Source: an uncultured Verrucomicrobiae bacterium (GTDB taxonomy: Bacteria; Verrucomicrobiota; Verrucomicrobiia; Opitutales; JABDGR01). From it: 14,780 nucleotides of DNA. The position numbers were made by a program, and so were the translations under genes. Below, piece by piece: positions 13,551 through 14,780 of the stretch. The DNA is taken from NCBI GenBank assembly GCA_963765205.1, contig CAVXVB010000006.1, positions 1-14,780 of the forward strand, written 5' to 3'. The first letter of the stretch is position 1; each line of letters opens with the position of its first letter. A model generated the notes under the pieces. That model saw only the letters and a list, made by a program, of their open reading frames with translations. It ran no database searches and had not been told where the DNA came from.

Positions 13551-13628
13551 CTTGGTGCTTTTGCTTGTGTTATTACTCACGGGCGGCGGCGAAGTATGGA
13601 TAATTATCAAGCTGCTTTTCGGCAACCA

Positions 13629-14623
13629 TTAAACCGCTTCCCACGCCGCTGTCGAGGCTGGCGGAAGATCATCACCGCCTTTGCCTTCCCTCAATTCCAA
13701 GTAGGTCAACCCTTTGCCGATTACGCCATGCACCGCCTTCAAAAACCGCCCCGCGTCACTGTCCTTCCGTTCGTTGAAGAGGAAGGCTTGTTCGTCCAGA
13801 ACCGGCCCAGGTGGAAGGGTTCGACACTGACATAGGTGCCTTTGATGGCGCGTTTGAGCAGGCTCCAAAAGTTTTCCAGGCCGTTGGTGTGCACCTTGCC
13901 GTGGACGTAGGTTTCGGCATGGTCAATGAATTGGTGCAGGAAATCCGGGGCGAGCTGGCTATAGCTGGGCAGCGCGTCGGTAAACACGGCCGCGCCTTTT
14001 TCCACGTGGTCGCGCACGGCGGTTTCGACCACCGGGCGGCGGCGGTTGGAAACGTGCAGGGCTTTGACCTTGCCGCCTTTGGCCCCGCGCTCCAAAAGGC
14101 CGACGACGATGGCGTTGCCGACGCCGCCCGGCAGGCCCCGGCCCCGGCGTTGGTTGCGGTCAAAGTGCATATTGCGGGCCTTGCCGCCGATGAAGGTTTC
14201 GTCCACCTCGACTGCGCCCTTCAGCTTCTCAAACGAGCCGGATTGCAGGGCCAGGCGGATACGGTGGAGCATAAACCACGCGGTCTTTTGGGTGACGCCG
14301 ATGGCGCGGTGGATTTCGTAGGAACTGACGCCGTTCCTGGCGTTGGCAATGAGCCAGATGGCGGCGAGCCACTTGTCCAAGCCGAGCGCGCTGTCCTCAA
14401 ACACCGTGCCGGTCTTGATGGTGAACTGCTTTTTGACGGTGCAGCACTTGCACTGCCAGAGCTTGCGGGTGGCGACAAACCCCACCTTGTCCGTGCCGCA
14501 TTGCGGGCACTTGACGCCCTGCGGCCAGCGCAGGTCGCGCATGAAGGTAAAGGCGTGGTCGCCTTCACCAAAGAACTTAACCGCTTCCATAAGCGTTTCC
14601 GGGGAGTGAATCTCTGTCTTCAT
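13629..14623 (-). pseudogene. IS1595-family transposase with a 1-nt deletion frameshift at ~13800
   Basis: Zn ribbon RWPQGVKCPQCG...WQCKCC, HTH region TQKTAWFMLHRIR, catalytic VEVDETFIGG, VFTDA and HTNGLENFWSLLKR. The expected tail LDEQAFLFNERK...GKGLTYLEL continues in another frame (ORF 13629..13868). Confidence 0.88.
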
Positions 14624-14629
14624 GCTCCC

Positions 14630-14657
14630 AATATAGCATGAATTTACACTGTGTCAA
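14630..14657 (-). promoter_or_regulatory. Transposase promoter with -35 inside the TIR
   Basis: TTGACA (14657-14652), 16-nt spacer ending in TGC, TATATT (14635-14630, extended -10 type). The ATG follows 6 nt later. Confidence 0.7.
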
Positions 14658-14678
14658 GTATATTATTGCCCAAATTTG
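14647..14678. repeat. Transposase-proximal TIR (14647-14670) plus TSD CAAATTTG (14671-14678)
   Basis: CACTGTGTCAAGTATATTATTGCC followed by CAAATTTG, identical to 12637-12644. Confidence 0.92.
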
Positions 14679-14733
14679 CCTCTCCCAACGGCCGGAAATA
14701 GATGAGGTAATCAACTCCCATAGGTTGTTTATC

Positions 14734-14780
14734 ATGGAAGGAACCGCAGATTATGCAGATTTTCACCGATTCGATTCACC
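14734..14780 (+). other. Possible 5' end of an ORF (MEGTADYADFHRFDS...) containing a 9-nt-period repeat
   Basis: ATG at 14734 is open to the window edge. GCAGATT occurs at 14746 and 14755, with degenerate CCGATT at 14766. Confidence 0.3.

Larger units (their letters stand above)
12645..14670 (-). mobile_element. IS1595-family insertion sequence with passenger genes (transporter IS), 2026 bp
   Basis: 24-bp TIRs (20/24 identical), flanking 8-bp direct repeat CAAATTTG, zinc-ribbon DDE transposase and two further ORFs inside the ends. Confidence 0.93.

Noticed and set aside
13573..13629. 18-codon ORF MVAEKQLDNYPYFAAARE coupled to the transposase stop by TAATG
   Set aside because: Too short to support. 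The resemblance to a tmRNA tag is superficial and there is no tmRNA structure.

Overview
Most of the window (1-12436, all on the - strand) is the core tRNA-Thr(GGT)-tuf-tRNA-Trp(CCA)-secE-nusG-rplK-rplA-rplJ-rplL-rpoB-rpoC cluster of a GC-rich bacterium. The atypical EF-Tu switch I and the RpoB DRRRRRRK tract suggest the PVC group, probably Verrucomicrobiota (inference). rpoC runs off the left edge and is missing from the supplied ORF track. Upstream is a 2026-bp IS1595-family element (12645-14670) with 24-bp imperfect TIRs, an 8-bp TSD, a frameshifted transposase, a low-GC passenger gene and an unannotated 47-aa ORF. The most striking unexplained structure is in the spacers of the housekeeping operon. 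Five junctions carry AT-rich tandem heptamer arrays (consensus GAWTTAD), and four of these are inverted pairs around a unique 30-70 nt spacer, running almost from one gene's end to the next start codon. A sixth junction carries a variant heptamer array. Also notable: most starts have no Shine-Dalgarno and read pyrimidine-rich ...CCC-AUG (twice the anti-SD-like UUUUCCUCCC-AUG), and an L10-leader-like rRNA mimic lies in front of rplL rather than rplJ.
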